Source of the DNA: Escherichia phage HK578
Sequence record: NC_019724.1
Length of the DNA: 43,741 nucleotides
Strand: one strand, 5' to 3'
Under the pieces are notes generated by a model, which was given only the letters and a program-made list of their open reading frames with translations, ran no database searches and was not told where the DNA came from. A program made the position numbers and the translations under genes. This document shows positions 43,679 through 43,741 of the stretch, one piece after another; the first letter of the stretch is position 1, and each line of letters opens with the position of its first letter.

Positions 43679-43741
43679 GTGCCTGTTATAATCCCCCTTA
43701 GATGGCAGGGCCGTCTCCTATGTTGCCGATGGTCGGCGCAT

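Noticed and set aside
43687-43692. Consensus TATAAT just after the final terminator
   Set aside because: No matching -35 at proper spacing within the window and the downstream gene lies beyond the window end (or wraps to position 1); cannot be evaluated.
1-43741. tRNA genes, integrase, repressor or excisionase, capsid maturation protease
   Set aside because: No cloverleaf-like sequences with T-loop consensus were seen in intergenic regions, and no ORF showed recombinase, CI-like or protease signatures by eye; absence is provisional without tRNAscan or HMM searches.

Overview
The window reads as a near-complete ~43.7-kb genome of a virulent tailed phage (siphovirus-type, likely enterobacterial host); nothing here was searched against a database and GC statements are by eye. 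Layout: (1) + strand 1-23.5 kb packaging, head and tail module: TerS, TerL, portal, head morphogenesis, scaffold, major capsid, neck, major tail protein, G/G-T chaperone with a -1 frameshift, tape measure, lambda-like M/L/K/I/J tip genes, and a tail fiber with a C-terminal SDERLK auto-processing motif. (2) - strand 23.5-35.2 kb early leftward operon: RecB/Cas4-like exonuclease, SSB-like protein, family-A DNA polymerase, VRR-NUC, SNF2 helicase, C5-MTase-like protein, Dam-type MTase, HAD phosphatase. (3) + strand 35.5-43.7 kb: HTH regulator, primase-helicase, small early genes, holin/endolysin, HTH-phosphoesterase. Divergent near-consensus sigma70 promoters sit at ~35.37-35.54 kb. No integrase, repressor, tRNA or CRISPR array was seen. 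Most notable: two diverged copies of a ~190-bp element carrying GGGACA iterons and a conserved hairpin (one inside the tail operon, one just downstream of the primase-helicase); a recurrent ATTGGTTGCA motif at early promoters; an Rz/Rz1-like spanin pair displaced from holin/endolysin; and two apparently low-GC minus-strand morons inside the structural module, one encoding a lipoprotein plus a beta-rich protein. Coordinates of non-CDS features are approximate (+/- 2 nt).
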